Of a stretch of 64,000 nt of DNA, positions 1-9,422 are shown in pieces (positions within the stretch are counted from its first letter, which is position 1; every line of letters starts with the position of its first letter). The stretch spans positions 1,679-65,678 of the forward strand of contig DASPQJ010000041.1 of NCBI GenBank assembly GCA_035625025.1, written 5' to 3'. The translations under genes and the position numbers were made by a program. The notes under the pieces were generated by a model. That model was not told where the DNA came from. It worked only from the letters and a program-made list of their open reading frames with translations, and did no database searches. This DNA is from Acidimicrobiales bacterium. Lineage in GTDB: Bacteria; Actinomycetota; Acidimicrobiia; Acidimicrobiales; Bog-793.

Positions 1-235
1 GGTGCATCCCGTAGGTGAAGTAGACGTAGAGGTGCCCGGGAGGGCCGAACATCGTGGCGTTGCGCGCGGTCTGGCCGCGAAAGGCGTGGCTCGCGGCGTC
101 GAAGGCGCCGGCGTAGGCCTCGACCTCGACGATCCGCCCTGCGGCTCCCCGGCCGACGAGGACCGCGTTGAGGAGCTCCGGCGCGACCACCAGCGGGTCG
201 CGAGCGAAGAACTCCCTGGTCAGCCGGCGGCCCAC
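1..235 (-). CDS. mpg: DNA-3-methyladenine glycosylase (Mpg/AAG family), N-terminal part only; the gene runs off the left window edge
   Basis: My minus-strand translation from GTG 233-235 gives [78 protein letters not shown]. This matches the ExEAY..DxASH..TxRN..MFG..YVY core of the family. It starts 8 nt after the argH stop. It is not in the ORF track because it is truncated. Confidence 0.7.
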   Translation of the reverse strand, partial: MGRRLTREFFARDPLVVAPELLNAVLVGRGAAGRIVEVEAYAGAFDAASHAFRGQTARNATMFGPPGHLYVYFTYGMH

Positions 236-243
236 GGCCGGTC

Positions 244-1638
244 TCAGCGGGTCGGTCGGCCGATCTCGCCGATACGCGCCCGGTCGGCCCGCAACCGGTC
301 GCTGAAGCGCGCGAGCTGGTCCGCCGTCCCGCCCCGCTCGGTGGGGCCCGTCCGGCGCCGAGCCGGGTCGGCCTCGGGGTCGACGATCGGCACGGCGTTG
401 CGTCCGAGGGCCGGGTCGGCGAGGACCAGCTCGGCGAGGGGTCTTCCCTCCTCGGCCGCGCGCCGCACGAGCTCGCCGACGAGCCCGTGGGCCCGCCGGA
501 AGGGCATACCCCTTTCGGTCAGCCATTCGGCGAGGTCGACGGCGAACAGCGCCGGGTCGGCGGCGGCCTTGGCCATCGCCTCCGAATCGAACCGGACCGA
601 GCTGACGAGCCCGCGCACCGCGACGAGCGCCCGACTGACCTGGTCGAAAGCATCGAAGAGGGGCTCTTTGTCCTCCTGGAGGTCGCGGTTGTAGGCGAAC
701 GGCAGGCCCTTGAGGGTCGCCAGGAACCCGGCGAGGTGGCCGATCAGCCGGCCGGCCTTGCCTCGGGCGAGCTCGGCGATGTCGGGGTTCTTCTTCTGCG
801 GCAGCATCGAGCTCCCCGTCGACCAGGCGTCGTCGAGCCGGTAGAAGCCGAACTCCGCCGTCGAGAAAAGGACGAACTCCTCGCCGAGGCGCGAGAGGTG
901 CACGCCGAGGAGGGCGAGGTCGAAAAGGGTCTCGGCGACGAAGTCCCGGTCGGTGACGGCGTCGAGGGAGTTCTCGAAGCGCGCCGTGAACCCGAGATCG
1001 CCCGCGACCCCGTCGGGGTCGAGGAGCAACGACGAGCCGGCGAGCGCGCCGGCGCCGAGGGGCGAGACGTCGAGCCGGCGCCGGGTGTCGAGGAGCCGGT
1101 CGACGTCGCGGAGGAGCGCCCAGCCGTGCGCCAGCAGCTGGTTCGCCAACGTCACGGGCTGGGCCCGCTGGAGGTGCGTGTACCCCGGCAGCGCGACCCC
1201 CTCGGCCCGGGCGGCGCGGGCCGCGAGCGTCTCGCCGAGCTCGACGGTCAGGTTCGCGATCTCGCCGATCCGCCGCCGCGTGTAGAGGCGCAGAGCCGTC
1301 GCCACCTGGTCGTTGCGGCTCCTTCCCGAGTGGAGCTTGGCGCCGGCCTCGCCCGCGAGCTCGGTGACGCGCCGCTCGATCGCGGTGTGGATGTCCTCGT
1401 CGCCGGCTACGAAGGCGAACCGGCCGGACGAGAACTCCGCTCCCACCCGGTCGAGGGCGTCGAGCAGCTTGGCGGCATCGGCCTCCTCGAGGACGCCCGT
1501 GCGGGAGAGGCCCCGCACGTGGGCGACCGATCCATCGAGGTCGTCTCGCCACAGCGCCCGGTCGAACGAGACGCTCTCCGTGAACGCCATCATCGCCGGG
1601 GCCGGCGGTGTCCTCATCCGCTTCGACCACAGCGTCAC
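244..1638 (-). CDS. argH: argininosuccinate lyase
   Basis: Distal 464 codons of track ORF 244..2496. Motifs: [11 protein letters not shown] and [12 protein letters not shown] (fumarate-lyase signature). The N-terminus VTLWSKRM aligns with the LWGGRF start of ArgH. GTG 1636-1638 overlaps the argG TGA (GTGA). Alternative ATGs at 1617 and 1593. Confidence 0.93.
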   Translation of the reverse strand: MTLWSKRMRTPPAPAMMAFTESVSFDRALWRDDLDGSVAHVRGLSRTGVLEEADAAKLLDALDRVGAEFSSGRFAFVAGDEDIHTAIERRVTELAGEAGAKLHSGRSRNDQVATALRLYTRRRIGEIANLTVELGETLAARAARAEGVALPGYTHLQRAQPVTLANQLLAHGWALLRDVDRLLDTRRRLDVSPLGAGALAGSSLLLDPDGVAGDLGFTARFENSLDAVTDRDFVAETLFDLALLGVHLSRLGEEFVLFSTAEFGFYRLDDAWSTGSSMLPQKKNPDIAELARGKAGRLIGHLAGFLATLKGLPFAYNRDLQEDKEPLFDAFDQVSRALVAVRGLVSSVRFDSEAMAKAAADPALFAVDLAEWLTERGMPFRRAHGLVGELVRRAAEEGRPLAELVLADPALGRNAVPIVDPEADPARRRTGPTERGGTADQLARFSDRLRADRARIGEIGRPTR

Positions 1639-2843
1639 GGTCGGTCCCCTTCGCGGTCGGCGGCCTGGCGGCTCGCCCAGGTCTTGACACCGAGACCATA
1701 GATGCGGATGTAACCCTCGGCGTCCTCGTGGCGGAAGGAGTCGGCGGCGTCGTAGGTGGCGAGCCCGTAGTCGTAGAGCCCGACCGGGCTGCGCCTCCCG
1801 ACGACGGCGACGTGGCCCCCCGGTGCGAAGCGCAGCCGGACCTCGCCCGTGACGTGGTGCTGGGTCGAGGCGACGAAGGCGGAAAGCGCCTCCCGGAGGG
1901 GCGAGAACCACATCCCGTCGTAGACGAGCTCCGCGAAGCGGCCTTCGAGCCGCGCCTTTTCGTGGGCGAGGTCGCGTTCCAGGGTGAGCGCTTCGAGGTC
2001 GGCGTGCGCCAGGAGGAGGGCGAGCGACGCCGGGCACTCGTAGATCTCCCGGCTCTTGATCCCGACCCGCCGGTTCTCCACCATGTCGATCCGCCCGAAC
2101 CCCGTCGACCCGGCGATCCGGCCGATCGCGTCGATGAGCTCGACGAGATCGAGCCTCTCCCCCTCGAGCGAGACGGGCACGCCCGAGACGAAGCCGACCG
2201 TCACCTCGACCGCCTCGGTCGTCGTCGGCACGGTGAGGGCGAACATCTCCTCGCCCGGGGCGACCCACGGATCTTCGATCGCCCCGCACTCGATCGCGCG
2301 GCCCCAGAGGTTCTCGTCGATCGAATAGATCCGCTCCTTCGTCGCCTCGACGGGGATGTCGTGGAGCCGGGCGTACTCGACGGTCTCCTCGCGGGTCATC
2401 TTCCACTCCCGCGCCGGGGCCACGATCTCGAGATCCGGCGCCAGCGCCCGCGTCCCGACCTCGAAGCGCACTTGGTCGTTGCCCTTGCCGGTGCAACCGT
2501 GGGCAACCGCCGTCGCGCCGTGGCGGCGGGCCTGCGCGACGAGGTGCGAGACGATCACCGGGCGCGACAGCGCCGAGACGAGTGGGTACCGGCCCTCGTA
2601 GAGCGCGTTCGCCTGGAGGGCCGGCACGATGAAGTCGGCCGCGAACTCGGCCCGGGCGTCGACGACGACCGCCTCGATCGCCCCTGCGCCGAGGGCGCGG
2701 GCGCGGATCGCGGCGAAATCGCCGCCCTGGCCGACGTCGACGGCGACGGCGACGACCTCGAAGCCACGCTCCGCTTGGAGCCAGTGCACCGCGGCGGACG
2801 TGTCCAGTCCACCCGAATAGGCGAGCACCACCCGTTTCGTCAC
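1635..2843 (-). CDS. argG: argininosuccinate synthase
   Basis: Distal part of track ORF 1635..3728. Start GTG 2841-2843 gives [16 protein letters not shown] (ATP-pyrophosphatase motif); [13 protein letters not shown] is also present. About 402 aa. Confidence 0.95.
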   Translation of the reverse strand: MTKRVVLAYSGGLDTSAAVHWLQAERGFEVVAVAVDVGQGGDFAAIRARALGAGAIEAVVVDARAEFAADFIVPALQANALYEGRYPLVSALSRPVIVSHLVAQARRHGATAVAHGCTGKGNDQVRFEVGTRALAPDLEIVAPAREWKMTREETVEYARLHDIPVEATKERIYSIDENLWGRAIECGAIEDPWVAPGEEMFALTVPTTTEAVEVTVGFVSGVPVSLEGERLDLVELIDAIGRIAGSTGFGRIDMVENRRVGIKSREIYECPASLALLLAHADLEALTLERDLAHEKARLEGRFAELVYDGMWFSPLREALSAFVASTQHHVTGEVRLRFAPGGHVAVVGRRSPVGLYDYGLATYDAADSFRHEDAEGYIRIYGLGVKTWASRQAADREGDRP

Positions 2844-3367
2844 TTTCCGACCTCTTCCTCCGGCGGCACCGGTTGTGGCGACCTTCTCGGATCCTTGCGC
2901 CCGGCCAACCGCCCGAGGAGGCCGGCGAGCGCCGCGCCCCCGGTCGCTTCGTCGGCGACGACGAGCACGGTGTCGTCGCCCGCCACCGTGCCGACCGCGC
3001 CGGCGACGCGGCAGCGGTCGAGCGCCGAGGCGACGACGTGGGCCGAACCCGGCGGCGTCCGGACGACGACGAGGTTGGCCGACGACGAGAGCTCGACGAC
3101 CCACTCGCCGAGGACGCGCCGCAGGTGCTCGATCGGTGTCTGTTGGTCCTGGGGCAGCTCGGCGATGGCGTAGACGGGGTGGCCGACGCCGGGAACCCGC
3201 ACCTTCAGCGCCCCGAGCTCCTCGAGGTCGCGCGAGATCGTCGCCTGGGTCGCGTCGACGCCCTCGGCGACGAGCAGCTCGACGAGTTGGGACTGGCTGG
3301 TGACGGCGTTGTCGGCGAGCAGGCGCGCGAGGACGTGCTGCCGGCGGTTCTTCGGCACGCGGCTCAC
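2840..3367 (-). CDS. argR: arginine repressor
   Basis: Distal part of track ORF 2840..4363. Winged-helix segment SQSQLVELLVAEGVDATQATISRDLEELG plus C-terminal core GTVAGDDTVLVV. GTG 3365-3367 overlaps the argF TGA. Its position between argF and argG is typical of actinobacteria. Confidence 0.9.
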   Translation of the reverse strand: MSRVPKNRRQHVLARLLADNAVTSQSQLVELLVAEGVDATQATISRDLEELGALKVRVPGVGHPVYAIAELPQDQQTPIEHLRRVLGEWVVELSSSANLVVVRTPPGSAHVVASALDRCRVAGAVGTVAGDDTVLVVADEATGGAALAGLLGRLAGRKDPRRSPQPVPPEEEVGK

Positions 3368-4284
3368 CGCGTCGACCCGGCCGACTCGACAAGGAAGAAG
3401 AAAAGACCGCGCATCGCGTGCCTCCGGTTTGTCGCCTGTGCCCAGACCCGGCTGCGCCGGCCTTCCAGCACGGCGGCCGTGATCTCCTCGCCGCGGTGGG
3501 CGGGCAGGCAGTGGAGCACGATCGCCCCGGGGGCCGCCCGCTCGACCAGAGCTTCGTCGAGCGTGAAGCCCCGGAAGGCGGCCTTCTTGGCGACCGCCTC
3601 GGCTTTGTCGGCCATCGACAGCCACACGTCGGTGTAGACGACATCGGCGCCCGCGACCGCCACGACCGGCTCGGCGGTGACCTCCACCGCGCCGCCCTGG
3701 GCGCGGGCCGCCGCCAGGAAGTCCGCATCGAGCTGGTAGCCGGGAGGCGACGCGACGGTGATCTCCGCCCCGACGGCGATGCAGCCGGAGACGAGCGAAC
3801 GACAGACGTTGTTCGCGTCGCCGACGAAGGCGATCCTCTTGCCCTCGAGCGATCCCAGGCACTGCCGGATCGTCAGCAGGTCGCCGAGCGCCTCGGTCGG
3901 ATGCTCGAGGTCGGAGAGCAGGTTGACGACGGGGACTGGCGCGTCGGCGCCGTCGAGGGCGGCCGCCATCCGCTCCAGCGTCGCGTGCTCGGCGACGCGG
4001 GCGGCGACAAGAGCGTGGTAGCAGCCGAGGGTCCGAGCGACGTCCTCGACCGACTCCCGCACGTCGAAGCCGATCTCCTCGCCCCGGATCGTGACGGGGT
4101 GCCCGCCGAGGTCGACGACGGCCAACTCGGCGGCGTTGCGGGTGCGGGCCGAGGGGAACTCGAAGACGAGGGCGACGCCCCGGCCCCTGAGGACCGGCGC
4201 GAGGTTCGCTCGCTCCGAAAGATCCAGAACGGCCCTGATCTCCGCCGGCGCGAGGTCGGCGACCGACAGGACGTGACGCGTCAC
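3364..4284 (-). CDS. argF: ornithine carbamoyltransferase
   Basis: 306-aa track ORF with the carbamoyl-phosphate motif FPSARTRNA, HPTE, and HCLPAHRGEE. Confidence 0.95.
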   Translation of the reverse strand: MTRHVLSVADLAPAEIRAVLDLSERANLAPVLRGRGVALVFEFPSARTRNAAELAVVDLGGHPVTIRGEEIGFDVRESVEDVARTLGCYHALVAARVAEHATLERMAAALDGADAPVPVVNLLSDLEHPTEALGDLLTIRQCLGSLEGKRIAFVGDANNVCRSLVSGCIAVGAEITVASPPGYQLDADFLAAARAQGGAVEVTAEPVVAVAGADVVYTDVWLSMADKAEAVAKKAAFRGFTLDEALVERAAPGAIVLHCLPAHRGEEITAAVLEGRRSRVWAQATNRRHAMRGLFFFLVESAGSTR

Positions 4285-5474
4285 GGCGTCCCCTCCTTTC
4301 CTCCTCGCTCCCCCGCCCGCACCCGGGCGATCGCCCCGGCGAGCAGCCGGACCGCTTCGTCACAGTCCGCTTCCGTGACGACGAACGGAGGCAGCAGGCG
4401 GATCACGCCGGGGGCCGGCGTGTTGACGACGAGACCGGCGGCGAGCGCCTCGTGGAAGACGGCGCGCGCCTCGATCCCGTCTTCGAGGACGACCCCGAGC
4501 AACAGTCCCGCGCCCCGCACCGCGGCGACACCGTCGATCCGGGCGAGGAGGGCCGTGAGCCTTTCGCCGACCCGGGCGGCAGTGCCGGGGGCGTCGATGG
4601 CGATCAGTCGCTCCAGCGTCGCCTGGGCGGCGGCCATCGCCAGCGGCTGACCGCCGAACGTCGACCCGTGGTCCCCCGGGCGGAACGCCCGGGCGACCGC
4701 GGCGCGGGCCCAGCAGGCGCCGACGGGGACGCCGTTGCCGAGGGCCTTGGCGACAGTCACGACGTCCGGCACGATCCCCTCGCGCTGGAAGGCGAACCAC
4801 CGTCCCGTGCGGCCGAGCCCGGTCTGGATCTCGTCGACGATGAGGAGCAACCCGAGCTCGTCACAGATCGCCCGCGCCTCGGCGAGATAACCCGGCGGGG
4901 GTGGCACGACGCCTGACTCGCCGAGGATCGGCTCGAGGAGCACCCCGACGACGGCGGTCGGGTCGATCCCCCGCAGGGCCGCGGCATCGCCGTAGGCGAC
5001 GTGGCTGAATCCCTCCGGGAGGGGCAGGAACGCCTCGTGCTTGGCAGGCTGTCCCGTCGCGTGGAGGGTCGCGAGCGTTCGCCCGTGGAAGGAACCGAAG
5101 GCCGACACGACCCCGTAGCGACCGGGTCCGCCGAAGCGGCGCGCGACCTTGATGGCGCACTCGTTCGCCTCAGCCCCGGAATTGGCGAAGAACACCTGGC
5201 CTCCCGCGGGTGTCCCGTCGCCGATCAAGGTGTCAAGCTGCGCCGCCACCGCTTCGTTGAACTCGTTCCCGAAGATGTTCGAGACGTGGGCCAGCCGGGC
5301 CACCTGAGCCGCGACCGCCGCCGTGACCGCCGGGTCGGCGTGGCCGAGCGAGGTGACCCCCAGCCCCGAGAGGAAATCGAGATACGACCGTCCCTCCGAG
5401 TCGACGAGCCGGCAGCCCTTCCCCGAGACGAACCGGACGACCGGCTCGCGGTAGGTCGGCATGAGGTGGGTCAC
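4281..5474 (-). CDS. argD: acetylornithine aminotransferase (class III PLP)
   Basis: Distal part of track ORF 4281..5594. Motifs: FFANSGAEANECAIK, LLIVDEIQTGLGRTG, TVAKALGNG. GTG 5472-5474 overlaps the argB TGA. ATG 5460-5462 is an alternative start. Confidence 0.93.
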   Translation of the reverse strand: MTHLMPTYREPVVRFVSGKGCRLVDSEGRSYLDFLSGLGVTSLGHADPAVTAAVAAQVARLAHVSNIFGNEFNEAVAAQLDTLIGDGTPAGGQVFFANSGAEANECAIKVARRFGGPGRYGVVSAFGSFHGRTLATLHATGQPAKHEAFLPLPEGFSHVAYGDAAALRGIDPTAVVGVLLEPILGESGVVPPPPGYLAEARAICDELGLLLIVDEIQTGLGRTGRWFAFQREGIVPDVVTVAKALGNGVPVGACWARAAVARAFRPGDHGSTFGGQPLAMAAAQATLERLIAIDAPGTAARVGERLTALLARIDGVAAVRGAGLLLGVVLEDGIEARAVFHEALAAGLVVNTPAPGVIRLLPPFVVTEADCDEAVRLLAGAIARVRAGERGGKEGTP

Positions 5475-6355
5475 GACCCGACGACCATCGTGCCGACGCC
5501 TGACTCCGTGAACAGCTCCAAGAGAAGCGCGTGCTCGATCCGGCCGTCGAGGATGTGGGCGGCCTCGACGCCGTCCCTCACGGCCCGGGCGCAAGCCCGC
5601 GCCTTGGGGATCATCCCGCCGACGATGCCGCCCGAGTCGACGAGCGCCTCGAGGGCGACGGCGCTCGTCGTCGACAGCACGCTCGACGGGTCCTCGGCTC
5701 GGGCGCGCACGCCGGGGACGTCGGTGAGGAAGATGAGCCGCCGCGCCCCGAGCGACTCGGCGATGGCGCCCGCGACCGCGTCGGCGTTGACGTTGTAGGC
5801 CTGGCCGGTTGCGTCCGGGGCGATCGTCGCGACGACCGGGACGAGGCCCTCAGCGAGAAGATGGCGCAACAGAACTGGGTCGACGGACTCGACGTCGCCG
5901 ACGAAACCGAGCGCGGGATCGCGCTCGACGGCGGTGATGAAGCCCCCGTCCTCGCCCGACAGACCGACGGCGATCGGGGCGTGGAGGTTCAGCGCGCCGA
6001 CGATCTCCCGGTTCACCTTGCCGACGAGCACCATGCGCGCGATGTCGAGCGTCTCGGCGTCCGTGACCCGCTGTCCGTCCCGGAACTCCGGCGTCTTGCC
6101 GAGAGCCTCCATCAGCGCGCCGATCTGGGGACCGCCCCCGTGCACGACGACAGGGAGCATGCCGACGCTGCGCATCAAGACGACGTCCTGCGCGAACTCG
6201 GCGAGAACCGACGCCGAATCGAGATCGCCGGCCGCGAGCGTGCTGCCGCCGAATTTGACGACGATGACCGCGCCGAGGAAGCGCCTGATGTACGGGAGCG
6301 CCTCGGCGAGCGTCGCCGCCGTCGCCGCGGCGTCGGCGTCGGGCCGGACGCTCAC
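5471..6355 (-). CDS. argB: acetylglutamate kinase
   Basis: 294-aa track ORF with amino-acid-kinase motifs VIVVKFGGS and PVVVHGGGPQIG. Confidence 0.95.
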   Translation of the reverse strand: MSVRPDADAAATAATLAEALPYIRRFLGAVIVVKFGGSTLAAGDLDSASVLAEFAQDVVLMRSVGMLPVVVHGGGPQIGALMEALGKTPEFRDGQRVTDAETLDIARMVLVGKVNREIVGALNLHAPIAVGLSGEDGGFITAVERDPALGFVGDVESVDPVLLRHLLAEGLVPVVATIAPDATGQAYNVNADAVAGAIAESLGARRLIFLTDVPGVRARAEDPSSVLSTTSAVALEALVDSGGIVGGMIPKARACARAVRDGVEAAHILDGRIEHALLLELFTESGVGTMVVGS

Positions 6356-7518
6356 GACGTCCTCCTGTTCTCTTCGATGTATCCGGGCCCCAGGTCGGTC
6401 GCGAGCACGCTCGCCACGCCGTCACCGAGCCCGAGATCGCACGAGATCTCGACGTGGGTGCCGGCGAGGTGCTCGGCGGCCGCCGCCCAGTCGTGCTCCA
6501 CCGCGACGCCGCCGGCGACGACGGTCGTCGCACCGTAGGCGACGCGCACCCGGTCCGGGTCGAAGGCCACCCCCGAGGCGCCGAGCTCGCTCACGATCCG
6601 ACCCCAGTAGGGATCGGCGCCGTAGAGCGAGACCTTGACGAGCAGGCTCCCCGCGACGGCGCGGGCCGCGTGGCGGGCGTCCTCGTCGTCGACGGCCCCG
6701 GCGACGACGACCCTGGCGACCCGGGTCGCGCCCTCGGCGTCCGCGGCGAGCTGGGAGGCGAGATCGGCGCAGGCCTCGGCGAGCGTCGTGGCGAGCTCCG
6801 CGGCGCCGACCTCGCCAGCCTCGCCGCTCGCCAGGGCGACGACGGTGTCGTTCGTCGAGGTGCACCCGTCGACGAGCAGGGCGTTGAAGGTCCGGTCGAC
6901 CGCCCCGTGCAACACCGATCTCAGCAGCGCGGGGGACACCCCGGCATCGGTCGTCAGAACGGCGAGCATCGTCGCCATCTGCGGAGCGATCATCCCGGCG
7001 CCCTTCGCCATCCCCCCGACGCGGAAGTTCCGGCCGGCACGGCGGACCTGTTTCGGGTGGGTGTCCGTCGTGAGGATCGCCGTCGCCGCCGCCTTGGCGT
7101 CGTCCGCCGAAGGGCCGCGCCGCCCGACGAGGGCCGGGGCCGCGGCCTCGATCACCCCGATGGGGAGGGCGGGACCGATCAGGCCGGTCGAACAGACGAG
7201 GATCTCGTTCGCCCCGACGCCGAGCGGGCCGGCGACGGCGGCGGCCATCCTCTCGGCGGCGAGCTGGCCCGAACGCCCGGTGGCGGCGTTGGCGCAGCCG
7301 CTGTTCAGGACGACCGCCGCGGCCCGCCCCTTCGTCGCCGCGAGGTGCTTGCGGCTCACGATCACCGGGGCGGCACAGGCCTTGTTCGTCGTGAAGGTCG
7401 CCGCCGCCGGGACGGCGCCGGTGACCGCCGCGACGAGCGCCAGGTCGGCGATCCCGTCGGGCTTGACCCCGGCCGCCATCCCCGAGGCGACGAAGCCACG
7501 CGGCCAGGTCACGCTCAC
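6352..7518 (-). CDS. argJ: bifunctional ornithine acetyltransferase / N-acetylglutamate synthase
   Basis: 388-aa track ORF. GGMAKGAGMIAPQMATMLAVLTTDA contains the self-cleavage ATML site. Confidence 0.95.
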   Translation of the reverse strand: MSVTWPRGFVASGMAAGVKPDGIADLALVAAVTGAVPAAATFTTNKACAAPVIVSRKHLAATKGRAAAVVLNSGCANAATGRSGQLAAERMAAAVAGPLGVGANEILVCSTGLIGPALPIGVIEAAAPALVGRRGPSADDAKAAATAILTTDTHPKQVRRAGRNFRVGGMAKGAGMIAPQMATMLAVLTTDAGVSPALLRSVLHGAVDRTFNALLVDGCTSTNDTVVALASGEAGEVGAAELATTLAEACADLASQLAADAEGATRVARVVVAGAVDDEDARHAARAVAGSLLVKVSLYGADPYWGRIVSELGASGVAFDPDRVRVAYGATTVVAGGVAVEHDWAAAAEHLAGTHVEISCDLGLGDGVASVLATDLGPGYIEENRRTS

Positions 7519-8528
7519 GGCGTCACCGCGACCCGGGGCAGGCCCGCCGTCTCGGCGAGGCCGAGGGCGACGTTCGCCGCTTGGATCGCCTGGCCGGCGC
7601 CGCCCTTCGTGAGGTTATCGATCGCCGCGACGACGACGGCGTGACCGGTGCGGGCGTCGGCGCGGGCCGTCAGTTTCGCCACGTTCGAGGCGTAGGTCTC
7701 GCGCGTCGCGGGCGCATGCCCGACGACTTCGACGAAGGGCTCGCCGGCGTAGCGCGTGCCGAGCAGTTCGAGGAGCCCTTCGGTCGAGATCCGGCGCGCG
7801 AGCTTCCCGTAGCACGTGGCGAGGATGCCTCGGGTCATCGGCGCGAGGTGCGGCGTGAAGAGCACCTCGGCCCCGGTCACCTGTTCCATCTCCGGGGTGT
7901 GGCGGTGATCGGTCAACCCGTAGGCGACGAAGCTCTCGTTCACCGTGGCGTGGTGCGTCGTCGCCGTGGGCGACCTGCCCGCCCCGGAGGTGCCGCTCGC
8001 GGCGTCGACGATCGCCCCGCGGACTTCGATCACGCCGGCCGCGACGAGCGGTTGGAGCGCGAGCGCCGCCGCGGTCACGTAACAACCCGGCGCGGCGATG
8101 AGTCGGGCCCCCCCGAGCTCGGCGCGATAGATCTCCGGCAGGCCGCAGACGGCCCGGCCCAGCAGCTCAGGCGCCTGGTGCGCAAACCCGTACCAGAGCT
8201 CGTAGGCGGCGGGGTCCCGGAGGCGGAAGTCGGCGCCGAGATCGACGACCACCGGGACGGAGGCGACGAGTCGGGCCACGATGCCCTGCGAGTGCCCCGA
8301 GGGGAGGGCGACAAAGACCACGTCGCAGCCGGACAGCGCCGCCGGGTCCGTCGCCGTCGCCACCATCCCCCCGTAGATTGCCCCGAGACCCGGGTAGAGC
8401 TCGGCGATCGCCGTCCCCGCCGCGGAATCGGCCTGGGCCACCCCGACCTCGAGGTCGGGGTGCGCCGCGAGCAGCCGCAGGAGCTCGGCGCCGAGATAGC
8501 CCGACGCGCCGACGACGCCCGCCTTCAT
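7515..8528 (-). CDS. argC: N-acetyl-gamma-glutamyl-phosphate reductase
   Basis: 337-aa track ORF. MKAGVVGASGYLGAELLRLL (NAD(P)-binding) and the PGCYVTAA catalytic Cys region. Confidence 0.95.
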   Translation of the reverse strand: MKAGVVGASGYLGAELLRLLAAHPDLEVGVAQADSAAGTAIAELYPGLGAIYGGMVATATDPAALSGCDVVFVALPSGHSQGIVARLVASVPVVVDLGADFRLRDPAAYELWYGFAHQAPELLGRAVCGLPEIYRAELGGARLIAAPGCYVTAAALALQPLVAAGVIEVRGAIVDAASGTSGAGRSPTATTHHATVNESFVAYGLTDHRHTPEMEQVTGAEVLFTPHLAPMTRGILATCYGKLARRISTEGLLELLGTRYAGEPFVEVVGHAPATRETYASNVAKLTARADARTGHAVVVAAIDNLTKGGAGQAIQAANVALGLAETAGLPRVAVTP

Positions 8529-8529
8529 G

Positions 8530-8561
8530 GCATGAACATACTACGAACTGCATGGACATGC
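8530..8561 (-). promoter_or_regulatory. putative ArgR operator (two ARG-box-like palindromes) overlapping a -10-like hexamer immediately upstream of argC
   Basis: gcatgaacatac (8530-8541) and gcatggacatgc (8550-8561) match at 10 of 12 positions, sit in 20-bp phase, and each has the form GCATG-NN-CATGC. On the coding strand TAGTAT (8538-8543) lies 9 nt before the argC ATG. This is an AT-rich patch in otherwise GC-rich DNA. Confidence 0.5.
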
Positions 8562-8598
8562 GGACCGGACGCCGACGACCGAGCCGCGGACGGCGGGT

Positions 8599-9252
8599 TC
8601 ACCACTCCTCTTGCCAGTCGTAGGGGGCCTTGGCGCGCCTCCCCTCCTCGACGGGCAACGCGGCGTGGGCTTCCGCTAGGAACGTCCGCACCTTACGGGG
8701 GTCCTTGCGCGCCCCCGTCTCGACGCCCGTCGAGACGTCGACGCCCCAGGGGCGCAGGCGTCGAATGGCGTCGGCGACGTTCCCGGGGTCGAGCCCGCCG
8801 CCGAGGATCAACCGGTGCGAACGCGGCATCCGCTCGGCGAGCCGCCAGTCGAAGACCTTGCCCGGGCCGGGCGCCGGCGCGTCGACGAGGACCGCGTCGG
8901 CCCGGTACTCGGACACGTCGGTGAGAGCCGCCGGGGTCGCCCCGAAGGCCTTGATGACAAGCGGCACCCTCTCGGCGATGTAGGCGACGTCCTCCGGGCT
9001 CTCATGACCGTTCAGCTGGGCGGCACGCAAGCCCGCCTGGCAGACGACGTCGACGACCCGCTGGGCGAGGGTGTCGCGGAACACCCCGACGGTGATGACC
9101 TCCGGCGGCAGCCGCCGGGCGATGTCGCGCGCCGCGCCGATCGCCACCTGACGCGGCGACGGCGCGAGCACGAACCCGATCGCGTCGGCACCCATCGCCA
9201 CGGCGAGGAGCGCGTCCTCTTCGTTCGTCACCCCGCAAATCTTCACGAACAC
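8599..9252 (-). CDS. trpF: phosphoribosylanthranilate isomerase
   Basis: Distal part of track ORF 8599..9429. Start GTG 9250-9252 gives VFVKICGVTNEEDA. ILGGGLDPGNV and WGVDVSTGVE are present. Confidence 0.85.
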   Translation of the reverse strand: MFVKICGVTNEEDALLAVAMGADAIGFVLAPSPRQVAIGAARDIARRLPPEVITVGVFRDTLAQRVVDVVCQAGLRAAQLNGHESPEDVAYIAERVPLVIKAFGATPAALTDVSEYRADAVLVDAPAPGPGKVFDWRLAERMPRSHRLILGGGLDPGNVADAIRRLRPWGVDVSTGVETGARKDPRKVRTFLAEAHAALPVEEGRRAKAPYDWQEEW

Positions 9253-9422
9253 GCGGCACCCCGGCGATCGGCGCCTTTTGGGCCCCCAGCGGCGCGGCGC
9301 GCCGGCGCGGACTCGGCACCACCACGACAGCGTAACGGTGGGCGCGGCGGCGCTCGGGGCAATGGGCCGGACCGGACCCCGCTTGGCACACCCCTCGCGG
9401 CCCCACGCGCCATGCTTGACGG

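Noticed and set aside
244-2496. N-terminally extended versions of real genes in the track, for example 750-aa argH, 697-aa argG, 507-aa argR, 588-aa hisC, 692-aa aroE, 931-aa alaS, 804-aa relA and 360-aa dedA.
   Set aside because: The extensions are low-complexity Arg/Pro sequence overlapping the upstream gene in another frame. Conserved N-termini and the recurrent 4-nt overlap rule place the starts internally.
9253-9422. A -35-like cttgac just upstream of the response-regulator GTG, and similar hexamers in other divergent spacers (36942-36988, 19444-19474).
   Set aside because: These are isolated hexamer matches without mapped transcription starts. I note them only as a hint that several genes here may be leaderless.
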